Shown here: positions 11,960 to 24,135 of the stretch, one piece after another
Position numbering within the stretch: the stretch's first letter is position 1
Layout: the number at the start of each line of letters is the position of its first letter
Source: Rhina ancylostomus
Taxonomy: Eukaryota
Assembly: GCA_030265395.1 (NCBI GenBank)
Contig: JARFYF010000104.1
Location: 22,735,659 to 22,799,658, forward strand
Length of the DNA stretch: 64,000 nucleotides
Reading direction: 5' to 3'
Notes under the pieces: generated by a model
Databases searched by the model: none
Seen by the model: the letters and a program-made list of their open reading frames with translations, nothing else
Told to the model about the DNA's origin: nothing
Translations under genes and position numbers: made by a program

Positions 11960-12345
11960 TAGTGTCAGTTTGCCTCATGGATAGCACCAACATCTCTTCC
12001 TCAAGGTTGTGGGCATAGGCTCACTTCTGAACCTGCAATATTTCAGTCAGGTTTGACAGAGATCTGCATTGTCTGTAGTGCTGTTTTTGAAGGAGATGCT
12101 AAACCAAAGTTCCCACCTGGTTGCTCAGTTCCCAGCTTGCTAAGTTCTGGGTTAAGCTTTTCTCTTAAGCATTCTAATTATGAAAGATAAATCGATCCTT
12201 TATCTAATGGTAAATACCAATTTGTGTGCCTTTATTATGTGCTTGTTGACTACCGTATCTTCTGCCAAAAACACAGAAGTAATTCATTGGTTATATGCTG
12301 CTTTATGGTGTCCTGAAGTTGTGCCATATTCATGTGCATTTTGCT
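11960..12345 (+). mobile_element. Deu-domain SINE (SacSINE1-like), old
   Basis: Head aaggttgtgggcataggctcacttc, ctgcattgtctgtagtgctgtttt..gagatgctaaacc and tail aagtaattcattggtt..gtcctgaagttgtg. Confidence 0.5.
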
Positions 12346-13571
12346 GCTTTGTTAACTGAAATGAGGTGGGGTGGAGAATGGGGGCAGGGATGATGAAATA
12401 TAAGAAGTGGAAGAGTGACTTGGGGGCTAACATTTCTCCACCTTACTTTCATAACTTTGGCTGTAGTTCTTAACATGCCTGAAATTTCCCCTGGGATCGT
12501 TGCCATGGATTTGCTACAGAATCTGACATGGACATGATAAGCAGGACCTCAACATCTTTAATGTGTGTCTTTGATGCCTGCTCAGTGGTGCAATTTAAAA
12601 TTACCACCAGTCAGCTCCCAATCCCGTGTGATTTTAATGGCTAATTCCATGTTGCACCCTACTTACCTTTATGCCAGGTGGGTTTGGTTAATAATCACTC
12701 TCAAAATCTCATAAACAATTAATCCCAGTAGGTACAAGTAACACGCCAGTTATGGAAATGGAAGGAAACATCAGTCAGCTCATTGATGGGTTAATTCTGG
12801 GCCATAGGTTTTCTCCAGAAATTTATTGCAGCAAATTAGCAAATGTGGCTGTTTTCAATAAACCCATGGGCCTTTAAAAAAACTAGAAAAAGATATTGAA
12901 AATTAAACAGGGGATAGAAATTAAAGATCTATTTTTAAACTGTGAGCCATTTCTCATGTGTTACAGAGCTACTTAAGTGAATTGCCCTTTGAGTCAATAT
13001 TATCACAGACAGCAGCATTTTCAGAATCAGTGAGACACTGATCGCATTACCTTTTTTGTATTTTTGATTCAGGCATGGCAAAGACTGTAATATGGTTGGT
13101 ACCCATACCAAAACTACAATATAAAAGCAGTATTATCATTTTCCAGGCACTAGTTCCTCTGCACTATTGATGGCTGCATTCAGCTTCAGACATACCTGTA
13201 TGCTTCTTTCGTCTCCACCGATAACGAAGGAAGCATTAGGAGACAATCACATTGTAAATGGATCCAGGATTTGCAGCAATGACAAATCAAACAGATTAAT
13301 GTATTTAAGTATAAACAAAGTACAGCACATGGTACATCCAAAACTGCAAAACAAAAGGTTAGATGGCATCTGTCGACTGAATTGATGAGTTGATTTTCAG
13401 GTATTGCCCATTTTTACTTTGAATGATTTCTTGTAATTTGAGACTAGCAAGGACAGGTAGTCGGGTTTCTTGAATGCTGATGGATCATGATTGGCAATCC
13501 GATGGGATAAGACTGAATATGTTCATTTGATGGAAGTCTGCTTCCTGCTAGTTTAATAGTCTGGTTATTTT

Positions 13572-13830
13572 AAACTTTGAGACCTGGGGCTAAACACCTC
13601 TCTTTGCAAATGGATCCTTGACTTCCTGACCAACTGACCACAATCAGTAAGGATAGGCAATAACAGATCCGTCATGATTATTCTCAACACTGGTGCCCCA
13701 CAAGGCTGCGTTCTCAGCCCCCTACTCTACTCCCTATACAATCATGACTGTGTGACCAGATTCTGCTCCAACTCCATCTGCAAGTTTGCAGATGATACCA
13801 CTGTAATGTGCCGTATCTCAAACAACAATG
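13572..13830 (+). mobile_element. Rex1/Babar LINE RT core fragment
   Basis: [74 protein letters not shown] with the catalytic FADD motif; truncated by a gap. Confidence 0.9.
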
Positions 13831-14029
13831 NNNNNNNNNNNNNNNNNNNNNNNNNNNNNNNNNNNNNNNNNNNNNNNNNNNNNNNNNNNNNNNNNNNNNN
13901 NNNNNNNNNNNNNNNNNNNNNNNNNNNNNNCCTGGTCTTATGGTACAGGATCTAGGGAGTACCATTCTCCACTGCCAACACATGGAGGTTAAATTCTCCC
14001 ATGATTGCTACATTCTGCTTTTTTACCTG

Positions 14030-15300
14030 CCCCTCTAATTTCCTCATTTGTTATCTGCAACAAAATGATTAATGCTCGTGGTCTTCAAATTACTCCCACC
14101 ACATCTTCCAGTTCTCTGTTATTTCATGGCTTCACTCAAACTAATTTTACATTCTGATTTTTTTTAGGTTAGGATCATTTCTCACTTCTGCTTTGTCTCA
14201 TTTTTTATTATCATGACTCTCCTACCTCCTTTTCCACTTTGCCTTTCTTTTATATAAGTCAGCTACCCTGTAATATATCATTCCCGACCTTAGGCAGCCT
14301 GCAACCACATCTCACCAATGGGTACTAGATCAAATACATTTACCTCAATATATGCTATTAATTCTCCACCTGTTTATGAATATCTCATGCATTTATATAT
14401 AAAATCTTTAATTTTAACTTTATGCCAGTAATCCTTCATATGGCCTTGGTTGTTAATACCCCAGTATTGTTACTAAATACTCTTGTCACTTCCTAACATA
14501 ACTGCTTGAATTTATCCCATATGTTATTCTGCTCAACAACCATGTCTTTTATCCATTTTTGATCTAGTATTGTGTAACCAGAAAAAAGTTAATAAATAAT
14601 ATTTTTGTTAATGATCATAATCTGATAGAATTTGTTCATCTGAGCAGGCAGTAACACTGAGTATTACTGGTTGAAAGCCAATCCTGAGGTCTTAATTAAT
14701 GAGAAAAGTTGAATCATCCTCACATTGACACAATTCCTGTCAACTTGTCAAGTCTTCATGGAAGACATGAGATCACCAAGTCAATCTTCAATAGATAAAT
14801 TTCCAAACCCCAGTAAAAGAGATCCCAGGATATCATCTTGAGATTTGCCCTTACCTCAACAATTCTCCTTTTATTAGATTCAAGTCCTGCCAACAGTGTC
14901 CTGATAATTCACTGAACCCCAGTCTATTTCCTTCTTCCCTGATGACTGGTGTCAGAATCCTATTGATATGAAACATAAGTCTCCCACACCACACTTGTAC
15001 CATCTAATCAATTTGTACATATTCTTATTTGAGATTGGTTTAGATAGTAATCCAGAGATTATTGTTTGAGAGACTGTTTTCAATTTTTTACCTTAAATTC
15101 CTTCAGCAGAATCTCATTCCTAATTCTACTAATGTCACTGGTACTTAGTTGGACCACCACAATTGGACTCTCCCACTCCCAGTCCAGGTTCTTTTCCAAC
15201 AATAAGGATGTGGCAGGCTGCCCATGCTTCATAACTGTGGGCTGTGGCTGCAGAGAACTGAATTTATTCCCCTGGCTACACCAAGCTGAGGGTAAGAGCA
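14030..15300 (-). mobile_element. CR1 LINE 5' portion: ORF1 SGNH-esterase remnant followed by ORF2 endonuclease N-terminus
   Basis: ORF1-like PIVVVQLSTSDISRIRNEILLKEF..QTIISGLL (~15050-15180; CR1 pattern VVVHxGTND..IISGLL); ORF2-like LYINA*DI..KERQSGKGGRRV (~14200-14400). Confidence 0.65.
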
Positions 15301-15439
15301 ATTTAGCTGTGCAGAGGAGAAATACAATTGTTACACTTAGCTAAGTAGAAGAGAACATAGTTACAGAATAAAAGCAAAAAACATGAAAGTATCTGGGGCT
15401 CTGTTTTTTTAAGACATTTGCAACCCACCAGGCATTGTT

Positions 15440-15815
15440 AGAGTCACACTTGAATCATCTTCTTCAGACCTAGGCAGTCCCTTGAGATCAAGAATGACTT
15501 GCTTCCACTCCAGTTTTGTGGGTTCTGAGGTTACTAATGAGGTCAATGTGGCAACTGCAGACTCTTCCACAAGTAGGGCAATAGGTAGCTATCAGGGTGG
15601 GCCCATGGGTAATTTGTGAGGTGGTGTGCTCCTTCTCCCACTCTTGCTGGGCTTCTGTGTACTCACAATGCTTGTACCTGAGATTCACTATACCATCCCA
15701 AACATTCCATCTCTGCTTTGAGTGGCTATGGGCGTGTTCCTTATTTTACAAGGAGGGCTTTGAGCTCATCTCTAAATCTTTTCCTCTGAAGCCTGGTAAT
15801 CTCTTTCATGACAGA
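15440..15815 (-). mobile_element. RTE-clade LINE 3' end
   Basis: QRKRFRDELKALL and CPTCGRVCSCHIDLISNLRTHKTGVEASH, the RTE C-terminal zinc-knuckle-like end. Confidence 0.75.
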
Positions 15816-16029
15816 GCTAGAAATATGCATACATAGCCTGCCCAATGGATCCACCCACTGCTCGACCTGCTGAGCTCCTCCAGCAGATTTTTTGTTGCTC
15901 AGTTCTAGGGATCTTGGTCTGGATGTTGACATTGGTTTGCTTATCTTTTAGTGAATATGGATGGGTTTATGGAGATAGTATTGGTAGTATCTTTAGCTTC
16001 AACTTATAACTTCAACTCCATTCCATTAC

Positions 16030-16720
16030 CATTGGATAACAAGGATTCAGAGGCAGATGGCATCCCTCCTGAGGTCCTAAAACCCAACTGAAAAGCATCA
16101 ATCCTGAATTCACAATCTCATTATCCAATTCTGGCAGGAGGAAGATTATCCCAGGAGACCTCAAAGATGCTATCATCATGAATATCCACAAGAAAGTAAA
16201 CAAGTCTCACTGTGGTAGCTACAGAGGGCTCTTCCTGTTGTTTCCCACAGGGAAAGTCATCACCAAGGTTCCCCTCAACTTCTTCCTCCCAGCAGTTGGA
16301 AAGTTGCTCACTGACTTCATGTGGAGTCTACCCAGCTAAAGACATAGTGGACATGATCTCCACTGTGCAATGATTCCAAGATAAATACAGGGAGAAGCAC
16401 CAACCTCTATACGTGGCCCTTGTTTAACCTCACTGAAGCCTTTTGCTGCATTGACTAGGAGGGATTGTGGAGCACTCTCCTTAAATTCAGTTGCCCTCAG
16501 AAATTTGACTTGATCATATATTTGCTTCTTGATAGCCTACAAGACATAATCTTAAACAACCTAGCCATAAGAGAACCAACCTCCATGAAAACTGGTATCC
16601 AACAAGGATATGACATTGCCCCGCCACTTCTCTCAATCTTTATTGCCATAATACTCACCTTACCTCCAACAAGGTTCCCACAGTAATTGATTTATTGTTT
16701 AGAACTAATGTGAAATATTG
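16030..16720 (+). mobile_element. RTE-clade LINE RT fragment
   Basis: IPGDLKDAIIMNIHKKVNKSHCGSYRGLFLL..GKVITKV; LWSTLLKFSCPQKF; KTGIQQGYDIAPPLLSIFIA. Confidence 0.8.
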
Positions 16721-17659
16721 CTGGCTATGGCAGCCTGAACACAGAGTTATTGTCTATACTAATATTGCCACATGTCAGACACCTGTGGAGCATGATAACC
16801 TATTGCCATATTCAATTCTTATGATCTCATAGCGAATGAAGGAATGCAATGTCATTGAATTCTAAACCATTGTCTTCTAACATCAATAACATTAAAGTGT
16901 CAAACTTTACCTTTGAATTAATTTGTGATGAACTCATCTCTTTTCATCCATTCCATTTTCTTCGTAAAATGTTCCATGAGGCCATGTATGAATGCAGAGT
17001 ACTTCTAAGATAAATCAGTTGAAAAGTAGTAAGGAGAGATTGTACGAAGAAGCTCAATAACAGTAAGGTTAATTTTATTTTGAGAAAACAAAATTAATGA
17101 GCAGAATCTGTACATTGTCTTTCAGTTTTTGTTAAATGACTCTATTAGGGCCACCTAAATGATTAAAAGCAAAGCTGGCAGATACTTGAAAGTGTTGAAC
17201 CATTGGTTTTGGAACTGCGATATGCAGAGACTTAAAGTTCCAGCATACAGCACAAACCATGAAATATCCTTTATCATCACTTTCCAGTCAACAGATTGAA
17301 GTTAGCCATTTATGAGCTGGAATATCTAGGATGCATTGTCTCCAGCTATTTATACCTACCTATAACGTATCTGCCAGATTATGTTACTTACATGATGAAT
17401 GGCAAAGCAAAAAAAAACTGATGGATAAGCAAAGTGCACAGTAGAGAATGAAACTTAGCTGAAGAATCCCCTAATCAGTACAATCATGTGGTAGAATAGA
17501 TACTCAGAACAAGAGCACTAGTTAGTTCATAATATATTTTAATTCTTTTCCACTAGAAGGCATTGATCTGGTAATAATTGTCTTTTAAAACAAAATCCAC
17601 CTCTTATCAATTCTTGGGTAGAAACATTTTATGATGGATTTTATTTCAGTATTCGTGGA

Positions 17660-19050
17660 TTCAATATTCAACAACTATTTATACACCAATTTTAAGGTAA
17701 TGAAACATCCGCAAGTTGCTTCATGGAAGGAGTAACAAATAAAATCTAATGCCAGAGGGCATTAGGAAATATTAGGACAGATGACAAATTTTTGTTCACA
17801 ATTTTAAGAAGTGCCTTAGAAGAAGGAGAGATAGAGACAGGGACAGATTAAGGAAGGTTGTCTTTGGAAGTTAAAAGCACAGCTCCAATAGGAGAGCAGT
17901 AAATTTAGGAATATCAATGAGGTCAGAAATGAAAGATGTAGATATTGTCAGGGTCTGAGGGCCAGAAATAACTCACAGGGACAGGGAGACGCAAGGCCAT
18001 GAAAAGATTTGAAAGCAAGAACAAGAAGATTTAGATCAAGATGTTGTTTATATGGGAGCCAGTTTTGGTCAGGAAGCACAGTAAAATGTGTGAACAGGGT
18101 GGTATGTCTGAGATGTGGGCAACAAAGTTATAGATAAGATTAAGGTTACTGAAATAGAAAAACAAAGGATGATCACAAGCAGGCAGATCTATAGTGAACA
18201 AAGAGCAGGATGAAGGTTTCAGCAACAGATACATTGGAAGATCTGGAATCTAAGAGCATCAGAGTATTGAAAATAGTAATCAGGGAGACATTTGATAGGA
18301 AGATCATCTCGGGCTAATATGACACTAATTCTGTGAAGATTCTGCAGAAGCCTTGTGCAATAGTCAGGGATAGGGTGAGTAGCTAAAATAGAGTTTGTAG
18401 CAGAGAACTAAAAGAATATCATTGGTCTTTCCCATTGGTTATAGGAGATTTCTGCCATCCTTTACCAGATAATGGTAGGCAAACAGTCTGACTACTTGGA
18501 GATAATAAGAAAGTCAGTGTTTTAGACAAGGTGCCATTGCCTTATAGAAACTGAAACAGAATTTGTAGACCATTTTAGTGAGGGGTAGATTGCAGCTAAG
18601 AAATAGATGGGACCACATATGAACACTTGGGGATTGCCAGAGATAATGGGAACTGGCGTAGGAGTAGGAAGAGAAGCCGGTATGGGATATCATCTGGCTA
18701 TGAGTGGTTAGATAAGAAAAGATCTAATAAATGACCTTTGACCTAAAATGTTAACTTCGTTCCTTAGCTGCAGAGTCTTTTCAGCATTTTCTGTTTTAAT
18801 TTCAGCATTTGCACTGGCTATGATTTTCAACAAATATGGAACTGGATGAGTGCAGCTCTCCCCAGATGGAAACAATGCACAGACTTTGTGGGAAAATAGT
18901 GGGGAAACCACATCACAGGCTGCAGGCAGGTTGAGAAGAATCAGCAAAGGTAGTTTACTTTTGTCACTTTAACAAAGATTGCCAACTATGCCTTTAATAG
19001 AAGGCTGTTTCAGTAATATGATAGAGGCAGAAACTTGAATGAGGCATACA
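17660..19050 (-). mobile_element. L2 LINE remnant, interrupted by a short Penelope terminus at ~18730-18812
   Basis: LILLNLPAACDVVS..L..G..CTHP RT motif at 18850-18947; L2 3' end at ~17670-17830. Confidence 0.55.
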
Positions 19051-19124
19051 GGGTAAATATCTGAGAGTTATAGGATTACCATATCTGAACAAATACCACT
19101 TTCTCAACTTTCATAGTTGAGCAG

Positions 19125-19440
19125 TTGAGTGGTGCAGCTGATAGAGCCGCTGTCTCCCAGCTCCAGTGACCTGGGTTCAATCCTTATCTCCTGTACTTTG
19201 TGTGTGGTCCCTCATGGGTTTCCATTGGGTGCTCAAGTTTCCTCCCACATCCCAAGGATCTGCGGGTTGGTAGTGTGTTTGTGAGTGGTAGAATCTAGGG
19301 GGAGTTGATGGGAATATGGGAAGAATAAAATGGAACAAGTAAAGGATTCAGTAAATGGGCGCTGAATGGATGGCACAGATTTGATGGGCTGAAGATCCNN
19401 NNNNNNNNTGCTTCCATGCTGTATGGTTCTATGACTGTAT
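19125..19440 (+). mobile_element. HE1/V-type tRNA-derived SINE
   Basis: A box gtggtgcagctgatag, B box gggttcaatcc, V domain tgggtttcc..ggtgctcaagtttcctcccacatcccaa, and CR1-derived tail atgggctgaag..tgctgtatggttctatgac. Confidence 0.85.
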
Positions 19441-19499
19441 GTGCCAGTGTCCTGTGATGTGAAAAAGTTTTTGCCTGCACTGGGCTTTCAATCATGGAT

Positions 19500-19795
19500 T
19501 TAAGCCTCTAATCTATTTGTCCATATTCCAATTTGAGTACAGCTTAGTTAGTAATCCAGAGATTATTATTTGAGGCTTTACATTTGAAATCTTAATCTAA
19601 TTTCTCAAACTCATTCAGCAGAATCACGTTCCAAATTCTATTTATGTCATTGGTCCTTCCTTGGTCCACAACAACTGAACGCTTCCCTTCCTGCTCCATA
19701 GTTTCCTCCAGCAATGAAGTCCATGCAGACAGAGCAGGCATTGTTACCCCTTGCTGTGGCTGCAGAGAACTGGATCTATTCTCCAGACTGCATGA
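19500..19795 (-). mobile_element. Second CR1 ORF1 (esterase) remnant
   Basis: Paralogous to 15010-15285 (tagtaatccagagattatt, ttcagcagaatc, gctgtggctgcagagaactg). Confidence 0.65.
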
Positions 19796-20735
19796 GAAAA
19801 GGATACAAGCAAGTTATAGAATAAATGTTATAGAAGTTAAATATCTAAGGGGTTACAGATTCCTTGGTTTGTGATGCATGCAATGGTTGCAGCATGAATT
19901 TAGGGTTATTGCCTGTACTAATATGGCCCTACTGCTCACAATGAGTGTGCTCATCCTACTTATTATGTTCTATAAAAATTAAGAAAAAACTCCTGGCACT
20001 GGAAATCTGAAATAAAACCAGAAAATGTTGGGAATACTCAATAGGTCAGGCATCATCTGTGGAAAGAGAAACAGAGTTACTGTTTCAAGTTGTAGATCTG
20101 ATGTTTTTGAGAACAGAGGGGTGAGAGAAGAGGGCATTGTTGGGTATAAGCAGCCTACTCCAGCTATAAAAGTCCTGGGCCTAAACGGCTGATTTTCTTT
20201 CACAATATGTGCAGGCTTTTATGCATGCTTAATGATGCTCTGAGTATCACAATATTCATTTGCATCAGTTTTCATTCAGGGCTCATCTGAGTGTTGTCGA
20301 GCAGAACTTGTGGTGATGTTGATTTCTGGGCAGTAGGAAATGAGCCACACGCTGCCCCTGAATTGGGCCAATCCATTCCTCTCTGGTGTCTCACCATGTG
20401 TAGATTCTGAGGCTAAACTAATTCCATGAAGTGTCAAGTTCTGAGCTAGTGCATGGGGTGACAGATCACTTGCAGTGTTTCCTCTTCCTGTAGGAATGTA
20501 GTTCTGTCCAGGGAGGATGTCTCATAAATCTAAAATAACAAAGGAAAAAAGGGCATGGTGAGAAATGGGGATGTGTGTGAATTGAGCAATGCCTGAGGTT
20601 CGAGCTAAAGGTAACAGGGCCAGGCATCTAAAGATGCATTTACTGATCTCCACCACTCATATGAAGTCATTGACCTTCTCAATGTTCTGCATCCAGGTGC
20701 TTGCAGCTGACTTCTATCTTCTCCCACTACCTCAT

Positions 20736-21381
20736 TGTTACAAACTAGGTTACTACTGGTGAATGTCCCTTTAAGATAGAGCATAGTGTGTGTGTGTGTT
20801 TTGGCATGGTTACGACAACAGAAGTAAAGGACGTAATGACATTTTTGAAGCAGTGAGTCATAGTCAGTCTGAAGAAGAAAGAAAGAGAGAGACACCGGCC
20901 TGCTAGTCTCTATCGATGGATGCAAAACAGTAACTGTGTGTATCACTACAATCCACATACGGATTTTTGGAGTATTCTGGTGGAGTCCACTTTGTTATTA
21001 ACCTGTAGAGAGAAACAGGTATTTGTGTGGACGGCCACATCTTGGGTGCTTTTCGGGGTGGCAGATACTTTAGAGCAAAGCATTTGAGTTCACTTTGTTG
21101 TTGACCTGTAGAAGGAAACAGGTATTTGTGTGGACAGCACGACTCGAGTGCCTTTTGGGGTGAGGAAGGTGCAGTGGAGTAGTCACTGCTGAGTGGACAC
21201 TGAGGTGTCCTTTGGGTTCCAAAGTGGAACATTTGGATTTCGTAATATCTCTATTTTCTCTCTACGTTTTGTCTTCAGTCAATGGTGGTTGTTGAAGAAG
21301 CCTTTGCTCACGTTTCACCTTATGGCTTGCTGAAATAAAGTTTGAGAATTATTCCTGGACTTAGAGTTTGGGAATTTGACT

Positions 21382-21422
<41 letters not shown>

Positions 21423-21579
21423 CGAGTTTAATTTTTGGGGTTAATGTTTAAGATCTAACATTTTTACTTCTAACAATCTAACATTTTTACTTTTATTTTC
21501 CTTATTATCATAAGTAGTTATTAATAAAATAGTTTTTAACACTTATATATGACTCAGTGGGTTTCTTTTGTTCATAACA
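20736..21579 (+). mobile_element. Solo LTR (844 bp)
   Basis: Termini TGTTACAAAC...GTTCATAACA; flanks cctcat/cctcgt; internal ~77-bp direct repeats at 20983-21060 and 21086-21162; AATAAA at 21523-21528; internal (CA)n. Confidence 0.8.
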
Positions 21580-21679
21580 CCTCGTTTACTTTGAATGGAA
21601 TAACACCTTTTTTAAAACAGCACACAGATTCATGTCATGGACACTCAATGTTAATAATGCCAACAGTTATTTAGGAGCT

Positions 21680-22160
21680 GAGGTAGAAGGCTGTGGATTT
21701 AAATTCCTTTCCAAATATAAACACAAAGTTTTAATGCTGACATTTTAGTGTAGTATTGAGGGTGAGCTGCACTGTTTGAGCATTGTCTTTTGAATGAAAT
21801 GTTGAACTAAAGCCTTGTCTGTTTTCTCAGTGAATGTAAAAGACTGCATGTCACATTCTTGAAGAACAACAGGAGAGCTGTCCTTCAATCACAGGCAGCA
21901 ATTTGGGCAGTTAATCCTTTCTTATGAAGTCGATTGAGGGATAAATATTGGCTATCCTTGGTGTCTTAGCCAATATTTAACTTCAGTCAACATTATAAGA
22001 ACTGATTAACTGGCCAATATCAAGATGCTGCTTGAGACAGATTGCTTTCTACAAACTTTCTCTCTCGTTTCCTTCTTTACAATAGTGACTACTCTTTAAA
22101 ATCGCTTCATTGATTGCAAATCACTTTGACATAGGCTAGGATGGTGCTATGTAAATGCAA
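21680..22160 (+). mobile_element. Deu-domain SINE (SacSINE1/AmnSINE-related)
   Basis: Deu-like core gaatgtaaaagactgcatgtcacattcttgaagaacaacaggagag..ggtgtcttagccaatatttaac..caacat and tail ggtgctatgtaaatgcaa. Confidence 0.65.
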
Positions 22161-23834
22161 TTGTTTTTTGATGGTCAGAATTGTCTCCATTTTCATTTAG
22201 TTATAGTGTTTACTGAGCTGAAATAAGTTAATTCAAATACATAGTTGACAAAATCGCTTGATCGAATTTACTTGTGTCCTACTCACAATCTTGTTCTAAT
22301 TCATTCTTTTTTTGCTGCTGGAGCTGGATTTAAGTTCAAAGGATAAATTGCTACTAGGCATGAATAAAGAACCTGGTTAATGCCTCTAATTCCAACAAAA
22401 TAAACAGTTGCAAGGTGAGAAATAAGAAGATTTAGTAGAGTAGGACATTGTTTTTAGAATAATAATGACTCTGCGACCCTATTTACAGAGAGAAGAACAT
22501 TCTGATGTCTTGAACAACATTTTTCTATCAACCAATACCACAAATGCAGGAGATTGTTCGGTAAGTCATTCATTTCACAGTCATTAACAGGATTTTGCTT
22601 TTCTATAATAGTCATAGTCATCTGCACAACAATTGCCACCAGAAGTGCTTTCTATTATTTTAGTCTAAATGTAAGCGTAATTACTTTCTCATTATAAAAC
22701 TAAATAAAATGTTTCTTGCATCTACAATTCTACTTTGTGGTTATGTCCGATTATTAATTATATATATCTAATCTGCTCTTTCTACCATCCTCCACTTCTA
22801 CCACTAATCATAATATTTCTAGTTTAGTAATTAGCTGAGAATGCCCCAGGAAAATTTCCTGACTCCTGCTGCATAGAAATTAATTTTGAGCATTACATTT
22901 TAATGTGTACTTATCAAACTAAGACATCAACGGATTCTGCAGGTGGACTCCAAAAGCACCCTAAAATTATTTTAATTTTCACCTTTCACATCATGGAATC
23001 AGGTTTTCAGAGGGTACTTGTTCCTGGAACAATATGATGTGCTTTAGGTCAAATGTCAGTCCTGAAGTGCAAGAAGAAGGCACACAATTTGATTTGCCTT
23101 CCTTCCCTTCAGAGGCCCCAGATGTGTGTTGACAGGTGGCAGGTGAATAATAGGAAGCAACAACATTCTACTACTCTATGGTGTTGGCCATTATCATTGC
23201 ACTCACTTATACTGTTTATCTGTCCATCAATTGTATAGCCAAATAGAATTGTGCCACTAGGATGCCAGAACAAACTAAAGCACCTTTGTGTTTCTGGGCA
23301 TTTGTGGACAATTACTAATTAAAAAACAAACCTTCTTAATATAGCATTAGCTACCATTCAGTTAGGATCTTAGAACAGCAGTTGAATAACCCATTAACTG
23401 CTCTTGCACAGACTGCAACCTCAAAGTAGTGGTATTGCAGACTGAAGTAAATATAGTTTTATCCATGACTAAGAAAGCACTGAAATAATTAGGCACTAAT
23501 TACAGGAACATACATCCCTGCATGTTTCATTCTAAAACATTCACTTCTGTTGCCATAGGGCTTAGGTAATGTTGTTTGTTCCAAAGGAAGGAACAGTTGC
23601 AATTCTTGAGCGAACTATAAATGTACAACAATAAAAAATCATGAAGTCAGGAAAGAATTTTCATTTTCTGAACCTTGAAGACTGATTATGGTGCTTGATG
23701 GTTTGATTTAGACTGATTCATATCCATTTTGGAAATATGACTTATTTGATTAAGTAGTAAGATTTCTTTGAAGTGATTATGCTTACAAAAAAGATCTTTT
23801 GGAAATTGTATATAGTTTGTAACAATGGGCCAAA

Positions 23835-24135
23835 CATCCTTATCTTGCCCAATGGTTCCATCTTCCTCTTGGGCAGTCCATTGAAATCAAGGATGGCTTG
23901 CTACCACTTCAGTCCTGAAGTTTTGCTACAGGTGAGCCAGAAGTTGCCTGACAGGACTAGTAGGTGGGTAGTCTGTGAAAAAAAATCTGCTGGAGGTGAA
24001 GCAAAATTGGTGGGGGTAAAGGAATTGTCAATCCTTTGGGTTGAGACCCTGCATCAGAATTGGGGTAGTCTATGCGACGGTTTGCTCTTTCCACCATTTA
24101 TGCAGGGCTTCTGCGTGCTCCCAATGCATGGCCTT
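23835..24135 (-). mobile_element. RTE 3' end interrupted by a Penelope terminal fragment
   Basis: gggcagtccattgaaatcaaggatggcttgctaccacttcag matches 15470-15515; the insert at 23980-24062 carries tgggttgagaccctgcatcagaattg. Confidence 0.55.

Noticed and set aside
19125-19200. tRNA genes here, at 36440-36500 and at 60970-61030
   Set aside because: A and B boxes are SINE heads followed by V domains and LINE tails; no complete cloverleaf.
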